Shown: piece after piece, positions 24,739-37,904 of the stretch
How the letters are laid out: every line of letters begins with the position of its first letter
Numbering within the stretch: the first letter of the stretch is position 1
NCBI RefSeq assembly: GCF_001194135.2
Contig: NC_068984.1
Location: 84,062,517 to 84,126,516 of the forward strand
Reading direction: 5' to 3'
DNA from: Octopus bimaculoides
Taxonomy: Eukaryota
Length of the DNA stretch: 64,000 bases
Made by a program: the position numbers and the translations under genes
Notes under the pieces: model-generated
What the model saw: the letters and a program-made list of their open reading frames with translations, nothing else
Told to the model about the DNA's origin: nothing
The model's database searches: none

Positions 24739-25214
24739 TTATCCAACACTCTGCTGATTCTGCTAGTCTGTCACTTTCATTAATAATTTCTAACAAAACA
24801 CAAGGGTTGTTCCAAGAGTCAGTCAGCAGATATAACAGCCAACCAAAGTCATTCAATCTGGTAGAAAAAGCAGCAATATTCCCTCAAGTCCCATTTTAAC
24901 ATCTTTAGAAAGCAGGGATACATTATACTATGTAGCCCTGGGTATACAAGACAATGAGATGGTCATGGCTGGGATGCCTTTGAATGAACCATCAAGACTT
25001 TAGAAAGGTTTACTAAAACGACTAATGCTTTCATTAGAATTATATAATTTTAATAAAACATCAAAACAAGAGCTGCATCAAATAACCAGAAGTAGTCCCA
25101 AGTATTGGTATCAAAAGAGAACATTTACTCCAGTGTTCTATATACACAGCAACCTCTTGCTTAAAGAAAAAAAAGTTCTACAGCTAAAAACTCATTAAAT
25201 ATATTTTATTTATT

Positions 25215-25540
25215 CCAGTCATTAGACTGGTCATGCTGGTGCATCACCTCAAAAGGCTTTAGTCAAATAAATTACCCCTAGTACTTATTCTATCAGTCCC
25301 TTTTACTGAACTGCTAAGTTACAAGGATGGAAACAAACCAACACCGGTTGTTAAGTAGTGATGGGGAACAAATACACACACAATAGGCTACTTTCAGTTT
25401 CTGTCTCCCAAATCCACTCCTAAGGCTTTGGTTGGCCCAAGGCTATACTAGAAGGCACTTACCCAAGGTGCCAGGCAGTGGGACTGAACCTGGAACCATG
25501 TAATAGGGAAGCAAACTTCTTACCACATAGCCATGCCTAT
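25215..25540 (-). mobile_element. SINE family A
   Basis: Near full-length reverse-strand copy with B box (GGTTCAGTCC) and CORE-like CACCTTGGGTAAGTG. Confidence 0.85.
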
Positions 25541-25930
25541 GAATTACAATCTCATTATCTGTTTGAGATTACTGAAACCTCATTACATTAACATTATTGA
25601 AGCAATTGCTTTTAAAGCCAGACAAATTCTTTTTCCATTCACAGAGAGTTGAAATTTTGCTACAGCCAATTTTCATACTATTAATTCTTTGTACTACCAT
25701 TTGGCAAAAAAATGACTTGCTTGACCATGAACTATGAAAAAAATGAAACCTATTGCTAATCAGGTAGACTGATGCAACTGTAGTTGTATTGTGCAGAGAT
25801 TTAAAAAAAGAAAAGTGTTTTATATTAAATAAAAGATCTGAACTCAAGACCTTGTGATTAGCAGTTTACTAACTTGATCTCATGTACTTTGATTATACTT
25901 TGATTTAAAAAAAGTTAGATGTTTACTTAC

Positions 25931-26085
25931 AAGACACATTTTCCAAATGTGTCAACAATTCGGTATATGGCAGACTTCAAAGCAGAACGGAAGGCATGTC
26001 GAAGAGCTAAGTCATGGGAACAGTTGACACCAGTAAGGCTTCGACGTCCAAGAGTTGATGTCAGTTTGAAATGTCTTTCCACGTT
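25931..26085 (-). CDS. NDC1: NDC1 exon 16 (155 nt, phase 0 to 2)
   Basis: NVERHFKL...LRHAFRSALKSAIYRIVDTFGKCV, matching NDC1 [21 protein letters not shown]; TTAG / GTAAGT. Confidence 0.95.
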
Positions 26086-27934
26086 CTAAGATATAAAAAA
26101 CGGGGGAAAAAAAAACTTTACAAGTTGGAAATCCAAGCAAAATAAAGTGAAGAAAATAGTGGAACCAGTTTGAAATACAAAATATCTCCATCTTCTCATG
26201 GCAAACTAACTTAATCCTTACATTTACAACTATCACATGATGTCAAGGCAAGGAGATAGTAACACACACATATATACACAAAAGGCTTCTTTCAGTTTCC
26301 ATTTACCATACCCAATTACAAGGTTCAGGGATATAGAAGACATCTGCCCAAGATGCAATACATTGGGACTGAACCCAGAACCATGTGGTTGGGAAGCAAA
26401 CATCTTACCACACACACACATAGTAGGTGCAGTATGGCTTCAGTTCACAACCATGAATCCCCAAGTCTGATTCCACTCTATGTTATATCTTGAGCAAATG
26501 TCATTTTCTATAGCCTTGGATTGACCCATAACTTGTGAGTAAAATTGGGTAGATGGAAACTGTATGGAAGACCATCAAGTGGACTGTTCCAATAATTGAA
26601 AACAAACAGCATTATACACTTCACCAAACTGATTCTATCTGAAAATCACCTTAAGGTTACACATAGCTGTGGAATGCTCAGCAACGTACATACTAGTTCA
26701 GGAGTTCAATGAACTCCTGAATTAGTATGTACATTTCTGAAATGAAAAGAACTACCACTACATATACATCATCATCATTTAGTGCCCACTTATCCATGCT
26801 TGCATGGGTTGGACAGAGTTTATTTGAGGCAGATTTTCTATGGTTGGATGCCTTTTCCAAGCAAGGTAATATCTCTACATGGCCAGTTATGTTCTCAGAA
26901 AATATTAGAAATGAATGACATTGCTTGTATGAGAGTGACACTCATTTACAACTATTACATGATGTCAAAGACAGACAGACACACAAAAAAAGTGTGCGTG
27001 TATGTGTATATATAATAATAAAAAAAGTGACAGGTTTGTTTTTATGATAAAAACAGTTTTATATTAAATTGAAAGATTACTCAATACATTTGGTAGTCTA
27101 CAAATTTATTATTCTTTAACAAGAATATTATTGACGGTGCCTTCGAAGTTTTGGCCACATATATAAACACATACATGATGGGCTTTTTAAAGTTTCCACC
27201 AACCAAATCAACTCACAAGGCTTTGATCAGTTGGGGCTATAATAAAAAAATATTTGCTGAAGGTACCATGAAGTGGAACTGAACCCAGAACCTGTCTGTG
27301 TGTGAATTCCTAAAACTCAAAAAGTACCCAACTGATTTCATTCAAATTTTACACATGCATTACTTAGGGTCCATGGGGCAAAAATTTTTCAACTTCTTGC
27401 CTAATTAGGATTCAGGAGCAGATAAACCACATTTTTAAAGCATTTTGGCAGCATTAAGGCCTGTAACTTAAGTATCCAGTCGCTTTCCTCCAAATTTGCA
27501 ACACACATTAATCAGGCTCCTCAAATTGCTATTGACTAAAAAAATTTCTNNNNNNNNNNNNNNNNNNNNNNNNNNNNNNNNNNNNNNNNNNNNNNNNNNN
27601 NNNNNNNNNNNNNNNNNNNNNNNNNNNNNNNNNNNNNNNNNNNNNNNNNNNNNNNNNNNNNNNNNNNNNNNNNNNNNNNNNNNNNNNNNNNNNNNNNNNN
27701 NNNNNNNNNNNNNNNNNNNNNNNNNNNNNNNNNNNNNNNNNNNNNNNNNNNNNNNNNNNNNNNNNNNNNNNNNNNNNNNNNNNNNNNNNNNNNNNNNNNN
27801 NNNNNNNNNNNNNNNNNNNNNNNNNNNNNNNNNNNNNNNNNNNNNNNNNNNNNNNNNNNNNNNNNNNNNNNNNNNNNNNNNNNNNNNNNNNNNNNNNNNN
27901 NNNTCCCTTCCTCATTTAGTTGGACAAATAAATA

Positions 27935-28405
27935 CAGGGTGTCCCAGAAGTAATTATGATTTAAATGAAATCGGATGCAATTTTTTAAAAAACTCACTGT
28001 TATTTGTGTTTATCATGTTTAATATGTGTTAAAAGTGTATAAATTTTGAATTTTGCTTTTCATTTTCATTCCTGTTGGACCCTTCTTATTTGTCCACAAC
28101 AGCTCTTTTTTCAATTTGGCAGCAATCATTTTCTTTACCTCCATCCCCAAGATGGAGCAATCGTTTAGCTGAGCTTAAAGAACACATTCAGTTAGCAGTG
28201 CAGGAGTTAACTCCTGAAATGCTTCAAAATGTGTTTCAGAACGCTAAGGAGAGATTTGAAGTATGCCAGGATGCAAATAGGTTGAAAATTTGCAATAAAA
28301 GTTTGACGTTAGATTTATAAATCTATTTGTTTTGGTATCATAATTAAGTAATAAACATAAAATTCAGTCAGTTTTTTAAAAATTTGCTCCATTTCATTGA
28401 AACAG
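27935..28405 (+). mobile_element. Non-autonomous Tc1-like element
   Basis: TA followed by CAGGGTGTCCCA; subterminal inverted match (AAAAAACTCACTG vs CAGTCAGTTTTTTAAAA); remnant LAELKEHIQLAVQELTPEMLQNVFQNAKERFEVC. Confidence 0.75.
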
Positions 28406-28689
28406 TTAATTCTGGTATTAATAGGATAATTTCTACATCAAAGTTCAAAAAAATTACTGCTAATAGAAAAAATTGTATAGAAAAAGGAGATTGAGTATAT
28501 CACGAAGGGTCAAATCCACATTGAAAAGGAGAATCTTTTTCATAGTTTTTGTTAGTTTTAAATGTAATTAATGAACTAATAATAACATTCAGTTAGCAGT
28601 GCAGGAGCTAACTTCTGAAATGCTTCAAAATGTGTTTCAGAATGCTAAGGAAAGATTTGAAGTATAGAGGCAACAATCATAACAGATAG

Positions 28690-29149
28690 TCACAAAGAAG
28701 AAAATGTCTAGATTCAAAATTTCCTCTCATACCTACAGATGTTCCATTTGAATTTAAGAGGTTTCAGTTTCCAGTCAAACTAAGTTTTGATATTTCAATT
28801 AACACATCTCAGAGTCAATCCCCCAAGGTAGTTGGACTTCATCTCTCTATTATATGCTTCTCCCACAGTCAGCTCTATGTTGGTTGCTCACGAGTTGGAA
28901 GCAGCACCAATTTATTCATTTGGGCACCAACAAAAAAATTACACAATGAATATTGTTTACCCTGAGGTGCTTCAAGATTCACAGATTATCAGTTCAAAAT
29001 TCTATTATCATTACAATTTGGATATTTTTAAATAAAATACAGATATTTTGAAATAATTATGAGAAGAAAAAAAAAAAATCTTCATATTTATTGTTTACTA
29101 ATCTGAATAAGAACAGCAGTAACCTGGGTAACACTGGGTAATTCAGCTA

Positions 29150-29150
<1 letters not shown>
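28690..29150 (+). mobile_element. Helitron 3' fragment (Pif1-like helicase C-terminus and terminus)
   Basis: IPTDVPFEFKRFQFPVKLSF...CFSHSQLYVGCSRVG...NIVYPEVL; 3' hairpin CCTGGGTAACACTGGG, then CTAG followed by T. Confidence 0.9.
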
Positions 29151-29190
<40 letters not shown>

Positions 29191-29334
29191 ATTAAGGAAA
29201 ATCTGCCTCAATGCAATCTTGACCCATGTAAGTATGGAAAAGTGGATGTTATGATAATGATAATCATAATGATATACATCTGACTTGGAAGAGTGTGTGA
29301 AATTGAAACAACAATAATGATGATCTTAATTTAC

Positions 29335-29435
29335 CTCAAAGAGTGATACCAAAACATTAAGTATCTCTGGTAAGTTCTGCTGTACAATACCAAGTGCATC
29401 TTCAGTGTAGGAGGCTGCTACCAATCGGGATAGAG
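29335..29435 (-). CDS. NDC1: NDC1 exon 15 (101 nt, phase 1 to 0)
   Basis: ALSRLVAASYTEDALGIVQQNLPEILNVLVSLFE, matching [25 protein letters not shown]. Confidence 0.95.
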
Positions 29436-30552
29436 CTACAATAAGACAATACAAGATATAGAATACACGTTAACATTGCCACATGTAAAAAAAGATCTTA
29501 CTGTGTAGTGGTTATGGTTGTAATGATTAGACTATTGTGGCATGTGGTTATAGTGACTAGGGTGTGTAGTGGTTATAGCTGTAATAATTGGCATTTGTTT
29601 AAACTGTATAATGGATATTGTTAGTGCCTACACGATGTAGTGGCTGTGGTTGATATAGCGAGACTCTGCTGATGTTAGATGTCAGTATAATTAACCTATA
29701 TAGCAGTGGACAATGATACAGTAACTTCATAATGGTTGTATATAATTTAGCTACACTCTGTACTGGTTGGGGTTAATATATCCAATTTTTATGGTGAGTG
29801 AGGTTAATACAGCTAACCTTTAATGTGTATAAATCCAATTAAGAGGTTAACGAAACCTTTTTTAATTTAAAATTTGTTACTAGTTCAAATATGCTTGAGG
29901 CATATTTGAAATGGTAAGAAAGCCATTCACTGTATTTTGTCATGGAGAAAATTTCTTGCTGTAGACAGAAAGCATGTAAACCCACCAAGTTAGTTCATAG
30001 TGCAGGATTCTGTATTTTTTAATACAGAATGCCTGTAAATCCTATGGTTGTTATTGATTCCTACTGTAGCATTGGTTTTTTTGCAAGTTAGTGGAGGAAG
30101 GGTAAAACAATCAGCTTTATAGGTTACCTTCTAGAGGGCTGCCAGAATAGTGAGAAAGATTCAGAAAATATTTCTGTGCAAGGCTTGAGAGATGTAACAC
30201 AGTGAAAATGATTGCTAGGTCAAGTGGGCCATGAAGTGAATTTGCCACTAGCTAATTCAGAAGACCAGAGGCCATTATACTAGCACTAGAAGCAAAGAGA
30301 GGAAAACTTACAAGTTAGTTATTGTACAATTGTTGGTGAGTGAATGAATTGTTGACAATCAGTCTAATAGCTTTATTTAGATTGTGTAGAAATCTGTATA
30401 ACAGTAGCAGCAACAATAACACTGTTTCACAGATGTAAGCAGCACTTAAGCAATAATCCAACATGGGTCTTAGCTAAGATTAATACTAATAAATGTGATA
30501 GTGGTTGAGGTAAATATTGATACAAACAAGAGGAACAAAAAAGAGCTCTTAC

Positions 30553-30667
30553 CTTCTACTGCCCAGATATGGATTTGAACTGAGGAGAATAATTTCCGAG
30601 GTGCAGCATCTGGTAGTTCTCGTAGGAAATAACCAAACACTGGCTTCTTTTTCAACACCTCTAAAAT
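30553..30667 (-). CDS. NDC1: NDC1 exon 14 (115 nt, phase 0 to 1)
   Basis: ILEVLKKKPVFGYFLRELPDAAPRKLFSSVQIHIWAVE, matching AQMHIWALEG; TTTAG / GTAAGA. Alternative acceptors at 30658 and 30660 exist. Confidence 0.92.
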
Positions 30668-31101
30668 CTAAACAAGATGGTTTATATATGCATGATATCA
30701 CAGGTCCTTTTACCTTTATTTTATAAATATTTGAAAGGCATGACCACTAAAACAATCATCCAATATATTCTAATATACCAGTAAAATAATATACAATTTT
30801 AGAGTTGTATTTGTTTGGTTAGTGATTTCAACTGAGTTTGCATGGTGAAATTGAAACAATGGTATCATTTAAAAGACACATACTATTTATTTTTGCTCTA
30901 TTTCATGATAATAGGCACAAGCATAGACAATGTGGTTATGAAATTTGCTTCACAAACACATGGTTTGGGGTTTGATCCTATTGTGTGGCACATTGGGCAG
31001 GTATTTTCTACTATAACCTTGGGTTAACTAATGCATATGCATAGAATTTAGTATATAGAAGCCGAGTGGGACTCAGCTGCATATGTGTGTGTGTGTGTGT
31101 A

Positions 31102-31318
31102 TGAGGAGGTGCTGAAAAGTTCCTGGCTTTCAGTGTATTGCAAAAGGCCTGGTTTGAGGCTCAACCTTCCGAGTTCTTTTACAGGGCTTAGAAAAACTGA
31201 AAGGTTTGCAGCAATAAGTGTGTGAATCTGAAAGGGGAATATGTTGCATAAAATCATAATTAACTGATCATCTTGCATATTTTTAACCCAAAGTCAGGAA
31301 CTTTTCAGCATGCCCTCG
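31102..31318 (+). mobile_element. Non-autonomous mariner (MITE)
   Basis: TIRs GAGGAGGTGCTGAAAAGTTCCTG and CAGGAACTTTTCAGCATGCCCTCG; internal transposase C-terminal remnant. Confidence 0.85.
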
Positions 31319-32672
31319 TGTGTTTGTGTAGGTTTATAGTAGCCAGTGTTGAGTAATCCTTTATGTCAAAGTGTAACAGTGATACGATAAATAGTGATTG
31401 ATGAAATAAATACTGGATTTGATTTAATTAACTAAAACTTCTGATGGCAGAGTGGTCCAGCACAATTGCAGTCCAATGACCAAAAAGACCAGTAAAAGAA
31501 GAGATACTATTAATAAAAATACTCTACTATAACATCTACTTCAGTTTTTCTCTCTCTGAAGATGGAATAGCCCGCTACTATATGGAAAGCCTATCTTTAC
31601 TGAGAAATGCACTTATGTGCATCTATTCTGTTAACAGCTGTAAGAGACTATCTGCACACCTTAAGTCTCTTATTTCTATGATACACTCTAGTCTAACAAC
31701 TCTGTAATTGTGTTACATAGATTCTTTGCTTTAAACTGATACCAATTGTTTGCCTGTTCATTCTTTCTTTCTTTCTTTTACTACTACTACTACACATACA
31801 TAAAAAGAATGAACCAATGATTTTCTTAAAGAAATGAGAGATCCACCGCCACTGACTTTTTCTATTTGCTTTTTCCATGCTGGCATGGCTCAGAGTCAGT
31901 ATTTTACAAACGAAAGCCATGCCTGATGCTAGACTTTACTTGTTTATGCCAAACATAAACATCACTGCTACTCAAGTGGTGTCAGGTAAGCAAGCACACA
32001 CACACACACACGATGGGCTTTCACACAGTTTCTGTGTAGAGAATTTTACTCACAAGGCAATGATCAATTTGACACTTTAACAGAAAGCACTTGCCCAATG
32101 TCCCACATAGTGGAATCGAACTTAAAATCATGTGGTTGAGAAGTGAACTTCTAAACCATTGAACCATGCTTGTGGCTAAGAAGAAAAATAAGAAATGGTT
32201 GGAATGCCTTTTATTATAACTTTGCACTCAATGATAGCCTACTTGGGGTTAAAAAACAAAAATGAATACAATGGTATATTTGTGTTTTAAATGACTATCA
32301 TTACTAACACAGTGCAATCGTATATATATTTTTTCTTTAGTTCACATATCATGTCCTGAAATAAATTAATGAAGTTATTTCTTGTATTAAAACAAGTTTT
32401 TTTTTTTTTTTACTAATTAATAGGCAAGAATAATAACCTCTCAAAATTAATTCCATTTTTTAAAAAATAAACCCTTCAAATAAATTCCTCAGTATATATA
32501 TTTATAATTTTCTTCAATACGCTTACGAACTTCCCCATCATATTCTTTATAACATTCATGCCTTCATGCATTTTAAGAGCTTATTGCAATGTAGCATCTG
32601 TTTCAGTAATAATAGTCACTTTTCCATAAGCAAGAAACTTTGGGTTTATATACTAATTGCACAATATTATAC

Positions 32673-32728
32673 CTTAGTTTGTAAGCTGACTTTTATAGGT
32701 CTTTCTTCACGGAGAGATGTACCAGTTA
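32673..32728 (-). CDS. NDC1: NDC1 exon 13 (56 nt, phase 1 to 0)
   Basis: Strong acceptor (T10 CTATCTTCAG), donor AAG/GTATAA, open frame VTGTSLREERPIKVSLQTK, phases fit; poorly conserved region. Confidence 0.7.
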
Positions 32729-32767
32729 CTGAAGATAGAAAAAAAAAAAGATATATTATATTATAAT

Positions 32768-32905
32768 ATCATCATTTAACGTCCACTCTCCATGCTGGCA
32801 TGGGTTAGACAGTTTGACTGGAGCTGATAAGCCGGAGAGCTGCACCAGGTTCCAGTCCAATTTGGCTTGGTTTCTACAACTGGATGCCCTTCCTAACACT
32901 AAATT
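32768..32905 (-). mobile_element. RTE-tail repeat (family B)
   Basis: ATCATCATTTAACGTCC...GGATGCCCTTCCTAAC. Confidence 0.85.
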
Positions 32906-33634
32906 ATATTATAATATATTATATATATATAGATGAGACATACATATGAAGAATTGCATCATGGAAGAATCATTAGCTATTAATAACAAATATAAATGTT
33001 GTCCCACATTTGAGTTATAATTATTGTCAGATTATAACAAAACAGCAAGAGTCAGAACAATGAGCATGTCCATTCTTAACACATTCCAGCAGACTGGAAT
33101 GTAAACATGGTTTCTTGATCTTGTTTGTCTCTGAGAATGAATTGTTCCTATAGATGATGTGAATAAACATCACACTTGCACCAAGTGATGTCAGTGGCTT
33201 TTCAGGTGCTAGTGTTTTGGTATAGTTGCATCTCTTCAGTGACAAACAACACCTAGTCCTTTGGAGCAAAGTTGTAACAAATGTTCCTATCAATGGAAAT
33301 CAACAACCATGCCAAAACACTGGTGTCTGATAGTCCACTGTCATTTCAATGAGTAAGTGGGTTGTTCATACACATCATCAATGGGGAGAAGTTATTCAAG
33401 ATTAACTCCACAGTGGAAGCCATGTTCATATCCAATTCTACTTGAACACATTAAAAATGGATGTGCACATAGTTATTTTGTCAGAAAATAAAAACATCTT
33501 TATTATTTTATATCAAAGTCTTTCATTGTACATCTATCAACTAGTCAATGATATTCTACATCTTTTCGCTCAGTCTTCATTGAGCACCACTTATAAATTG
33601 TTGAGGATGTTTTGGAATTTTCTTCATTTCTCTC

Positions 33635-33684
<50 letters not shown>

Positions 33685-34521
33685 GCATATATATTCACTC
33701 TCCATTGCTTTCATTTTAAACCAATGAAGAAGTCTTTACTGATACTTTATTTACTAGCACCTAAACCTCTTTCACTGCTTTAAAATCTACATATACTAAG
33801 AGCTTAATTAAATCAGATCAATTAGCATGCATAATGCACTCTTGATAGCTAATTCAATCAAATTACTGGCATGTTAATTATGTTATATTTCAATGCTCTA
33901 CTGTACAAGAAAGGATATCTTTAGATTTTAGTCAACACTGTAAATACCGAACTTTATATACATCTCTGGGAACTCGAACTCTTAGTAATAACAGGTACAT
34001 AAATAGTGTCTCTAAGGATAATTAAAGAGGGTACTTGGTTGTTGATGAAATCTCAACAGCAGGTTGAAAATTAGTCTGGCTGATGTCTCTTTTTCTGTTC
34101 ATGAAGATGCAGTACATAAAGACAAGGTGTTTACATCATTTCATACAGTGTTGGCTAAAATCTATACATATATTCTGTAATACTTTATGGCAACAAAACA
34201 CTGAAATACTAGTCAACAACAATCACCCTTTATCCATTTTTTTAGCTTTCTTTGTATGTAAATGCTTGTTGCAAGGGATTGTTAGGTGGTAGTCAAATTA
34301 TATTATTACTTATCTTTATACCATACTTTCATTCTTACACATTATCTTAAAGTTTATTCCTTCAACAATGTGTATTAGTGGATCTAACTGTTTGGAAATG
34401 CCCAAATTTGCAAAATCTACCACCATGTTAGCACTCCTCCACAATCCAATGGGTATAAAACGTAAAAGAAAGAAAAAGAAGAAAAAAGGAATAAATTAAA
34501 TAGAATGTTTAATTCCAATAC

Positions 34522-34569
34522 CTGATTCATTAAGACTCATGTGGCCCAAAGATGTTGGCTTGAGGTAGC
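34522..34569 (-). CDS. NDC1: NDC1 exon 12 (48 nt, phase 1 to 1)
   Basis: TTTTCTGTTTTTCCAG / CAG-GTATTG; RYLKPTSLGHMSLNES; phases fit; no conserved motif. Confidence 0.7.
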
Positions 34570-35125
34570 CTGGAAAAACAGAAAATCGAGTTATTAATAA
34601 AGAGTTGTAATAACAATAAGTATAGTTGTTAATCAGAAATAAGATCAGTAGAATAAATACAAGAGTTGAATCTATTTGTAACAGTACTTCTTAAAAAAGA
34701 GCGAGAAAAATAATTCCCAGAAGTTGCTTCACTTAACCTAGTTGAAAATAGAACCACATGTAATTGTGTAACTAACAATCTGAACTAGATAAGTATAGCT
34801 GAAGATCATAGATGCCGGAGATACTATGCTGAAGGTCTTAGATTAAGTTGGTGTTACCTAGGTGACATATGCTATTTGTGTAAATGTGCAAGAAATGCAA
34901 TTCTGTGTGGTAGTAAAGGTGAGGAGAATCTGTGAGTTAAAAATTCAAGACTAGCAAGTTAAGCACAATCTCTTGAACTTGCATTTGAAGGAGGGTTAAA
35001 GTATTAAAAAGTTAGAAAATTTTTCTTGGTTCTTGATATCAACATCATCAGCCAGTGTATTCAGGAGAGATAACTGAAAAGAAAGAGGTGGCTAAAATAT
35101 AGAATATAAAGTAAGTTATACTCAC

Positions 35126-35290
35126 GACTTGCAGACAGGCTTGAGTTGTGCAACCAATTAGGTGTGTTTTGCTGTGGAATGGCTGCTTGCACAAATGCAT
35201 TGTGGTTAAATTCTTGGGTAGCATCCTTTAGTTGACGTAGGTTCTCTAAACATATATGATAGATTTGGCTCCAGTTTTTGGGGTGGCACC
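35126..35290 (-). CDS. NDC1: NDC1 exon 11 (165 nt, phase 1 to 1)
   Basis: GCHPKNWSQIYHICLENL, matching GGHPHNWTAISRECLNLL; donor GTGAGT. Confidence 0.93.
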
Positions 35291-35805
35291 CTAGAAATAT
35301 GAACTTGAGAGTATGTAATAGGAATATTACTTTCAGCTAGGTGGAAAGATAATTTTCGATAGAGAAGAGTATTAAACAGCTACACACTATAAAACAACAG
35401 GACATGGGTTAGATATTTTGATAGAATTTAATGGGCTGGAGAACAATGTCTTGTTCCAAAGTCTCAGTTTCAGCATGCCTACTAAAACTGGATGCCTTTC
35501 CTACTGCCGACCTATTCACAGAGAGTACAAGGTGTGTTTTTTTTGTGGCACCAACAGTAGTGAGGTCATCTTGTAAAGTATAAAATTAAAGTGTTCTCCT
35601 GGCTAAGAGGGAGAATAGTAGAAAGGGTGAATGCTTTATGCAAGGTGTTGAGAGGTTAAAGTATGATTGGAGGAGCAGGATCAGGTTTATTGCTGTGGAG
35701 ATTCCTGGCTGCCTCATATTTTACTCCAGTGGATGAGTGTGACCAGACTAGTCACACACACAAGGAAACATGCTTAAAGATTTGAATAAAAAAAAGTGTG
35801 GAGAC

Positions 35806-35958
35806 AGAAGTGGCGTTAGGGAGGGTATCCAGCTGTAGAAACTTTGCCAGATCAGATTGAAGCCTGGTGCAGCCTCCTGGCTTGCCAGCCCTCAGTCAAA
35901 CCGTCCAAACCATGCCAGCGTGGAAAGCGGACGTTAAACGACAATGATGATGATGATG
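35806..35958 (+). mobile_element. RTE-tail repeat (family B), short
   Basis: GGCGTTAGGGAGGGTATCCAGCTG...GCGGACGTTAAACGACAATGATG. Confidence 0.88.
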
Positions 35959-35987
35959 TGTGTGTGTGTGTGTGTGTACATTATATA

Positions 35988-36746
35988 TCTAATATATAAA
36001 ACAGAGATGTCTGTGTATTCGCTTTTCACGTGAAATCGACTTCACCAAATGCTTCCATACTTGTGATGCATGAATAATTTGACCTCGGATAAATGTTAGG
36101 CTCTTCATTTGATTTTTTTTTTTTTTAAATAAATAATATTGCTTTATATTTAAGATTCACTTCTTTAAAAAGGTTCCCCAATGTCAACTTCCGGTATTGA
36201 CGTAACAACGGCAAAAAGCTTCTCTCTCTAGCTTCGCAATATTCTCTCTCACTCTCACAACACACACGTGTGTCTTTGTAAATATGTTTGTATACATTTA
36301 TGTATGTGTGTGTTTGTAAGAAACAGAGTGTGAATGAGTCAAGGGGTGTGTTGTCATATGCATCCATCATTTTTGGATGTATGTGTGCGTGTGTGTGTGA
36401 GAGACAGAGTGAGAAAGTGTTGTGTATGTAGTATTTACTCTCTCTCTCTCATACACACGCACACACACAAAGATGTATGCATATTTATGCATGTACGTAT
36501 ACATGACAACAAACCTCTCTCTCTGTCACACACACACACATCCATTTCATCTGATGTGTAATACTGTGTGTGTGTGTGTGTGTGTGCGTGGGGGGTCCAA
36601 CAATCGCCATTTATTTCAATTACTCTTGTGAGGATATTCACGTAAATCATTTGTTTCATTTAATCCCCATTTTAATTTTCGTAAAAGTTTCCAAGTACCA
36701 AAAGGCAACAATTTCATTCCTGAGCAACGCCGGGTGCCTCTGCTAG
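35988..36746 (+). mobile_element. Non-autonomous Helitron
   Basis: 5' A/TCTAATATATAAAAC, 3' hairpin CCTGAGCAACGCCGGG then CTAG/T; inserted between A and T; internal AC/CT microsatellites. Confidence 0.85.
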
Positions 36747-36779
36747 TATATATATAAAAAGAGAGAGAGGAGGGGGGTG

Positions 36780-37629
36780 GGGTGCAGTGAATATATCATT
36801 GTCTAAGTTAGGCAAAAATTAAAACAACACTGACATCTCACTTTATCAGATATATTTACCAAAATTACATAAAAATATCTTGGAATACTAAAGAGTAAAT
36901 TTATTCAATAAAATCACTATTGGCTTCAACCATGGACTCTAGACAACTTCAGAATCTCCTGCAACTCTTGTGGATGGTCTCCTTGTTTAAGTTGGTGAAT
37001 GCTGCCATAATCCTTGCCTACAAGGAGTTTTGCTGGTATCTTGCTCAACTGCATCCCACACATAATTATCAAGCGGGTAGCAGCCTGGGGAGTTAGGTCG
37101 CCAGATGTTAGGGGTGGTGTGGTCACAGAAATTGTCTGACAGCCATAACTAGATTCACTTGTTTATGTGGCATGGTGCAGAGTCCTGTTACCAGATATAG
37201 GGTCTTCTAGCAGCCACCCTCTTGACCCAGGGCAGCACTACTACCTCCTCCAGGCACTTGATATATACCTCTGTATTGAGTCTGAGGTCGATTGGGAAGA
37301 TGAATGTAGGTATAACGTTGCCATCACTAGTGATCACTCCAAACACCATGATGTTGACTGGATATACATGTTTTGGAGACACAGCAAGCCAATGGTTGTT
37401 CTGTGTGTTCATCATCTGTTCGTATTGGAGCTTTCAGTGCAAATGCCAAGCAGTACAGCAAGTCATTTCCAGATTTCTGGCAGAGTGAATTGCGTCATGG
37501 TGCTGTTTTTGTCACAGATGGTGCCCAACTGACCCTACTATATTGTGTAGTTGACAAAATCAAAAACAAACAATGCTCATATGCGAAATTAAAAATATAA
37601 AATGGAGACGATTTACCCATCGCACCGTG
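36780..37629 (-). mobile_element. Internally deleted maT (DD37D-like) Tc1/mariner element
   Basis: Remnants NIMVFGVITSDG...RLNTEVYIKCLEEV...RPYIW*QDSAPCH...ARIMAAFTNLNKETI...EANSDFIE; terminus CACGGTGCGATGGGTAAATCG. Confidence 0.85.
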
Positions 37630-37822
37630 TGTGTGTGTGTTTGTGTGTATCAAAATAATCATCTTAATGCCTACTTTTCCAAACTTAGAAGGGTCAGATG
37701 GCGTTTATTAAAGTAAATTTTCTATGGTTGGATGCCCTTCCTGTTACCAACCCCAACCTACTTCCAATATACATATATATAAATTTGAATTTAGTTAAAA
37801 ATTAAAAGTTTAAAGCTCATAC

Positions 37823-37904
37823 CTGGAAAAGTCGCACTGAAAAGAACTTGACGTCTATTGAAGGAGAATCTGGACAGTTGGAAGAGATCCAGAAAGCCGA
37901 GGTA
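37823..37904 (-). CDS. NDC1: NDC1 exon 10 (82 nt, phase 0 to 1)
   Basis: YLGFLDLFQLSRFSFNRRQVLFSATFP, matching [27 protein letters not shown]. Confidence 0.93.
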
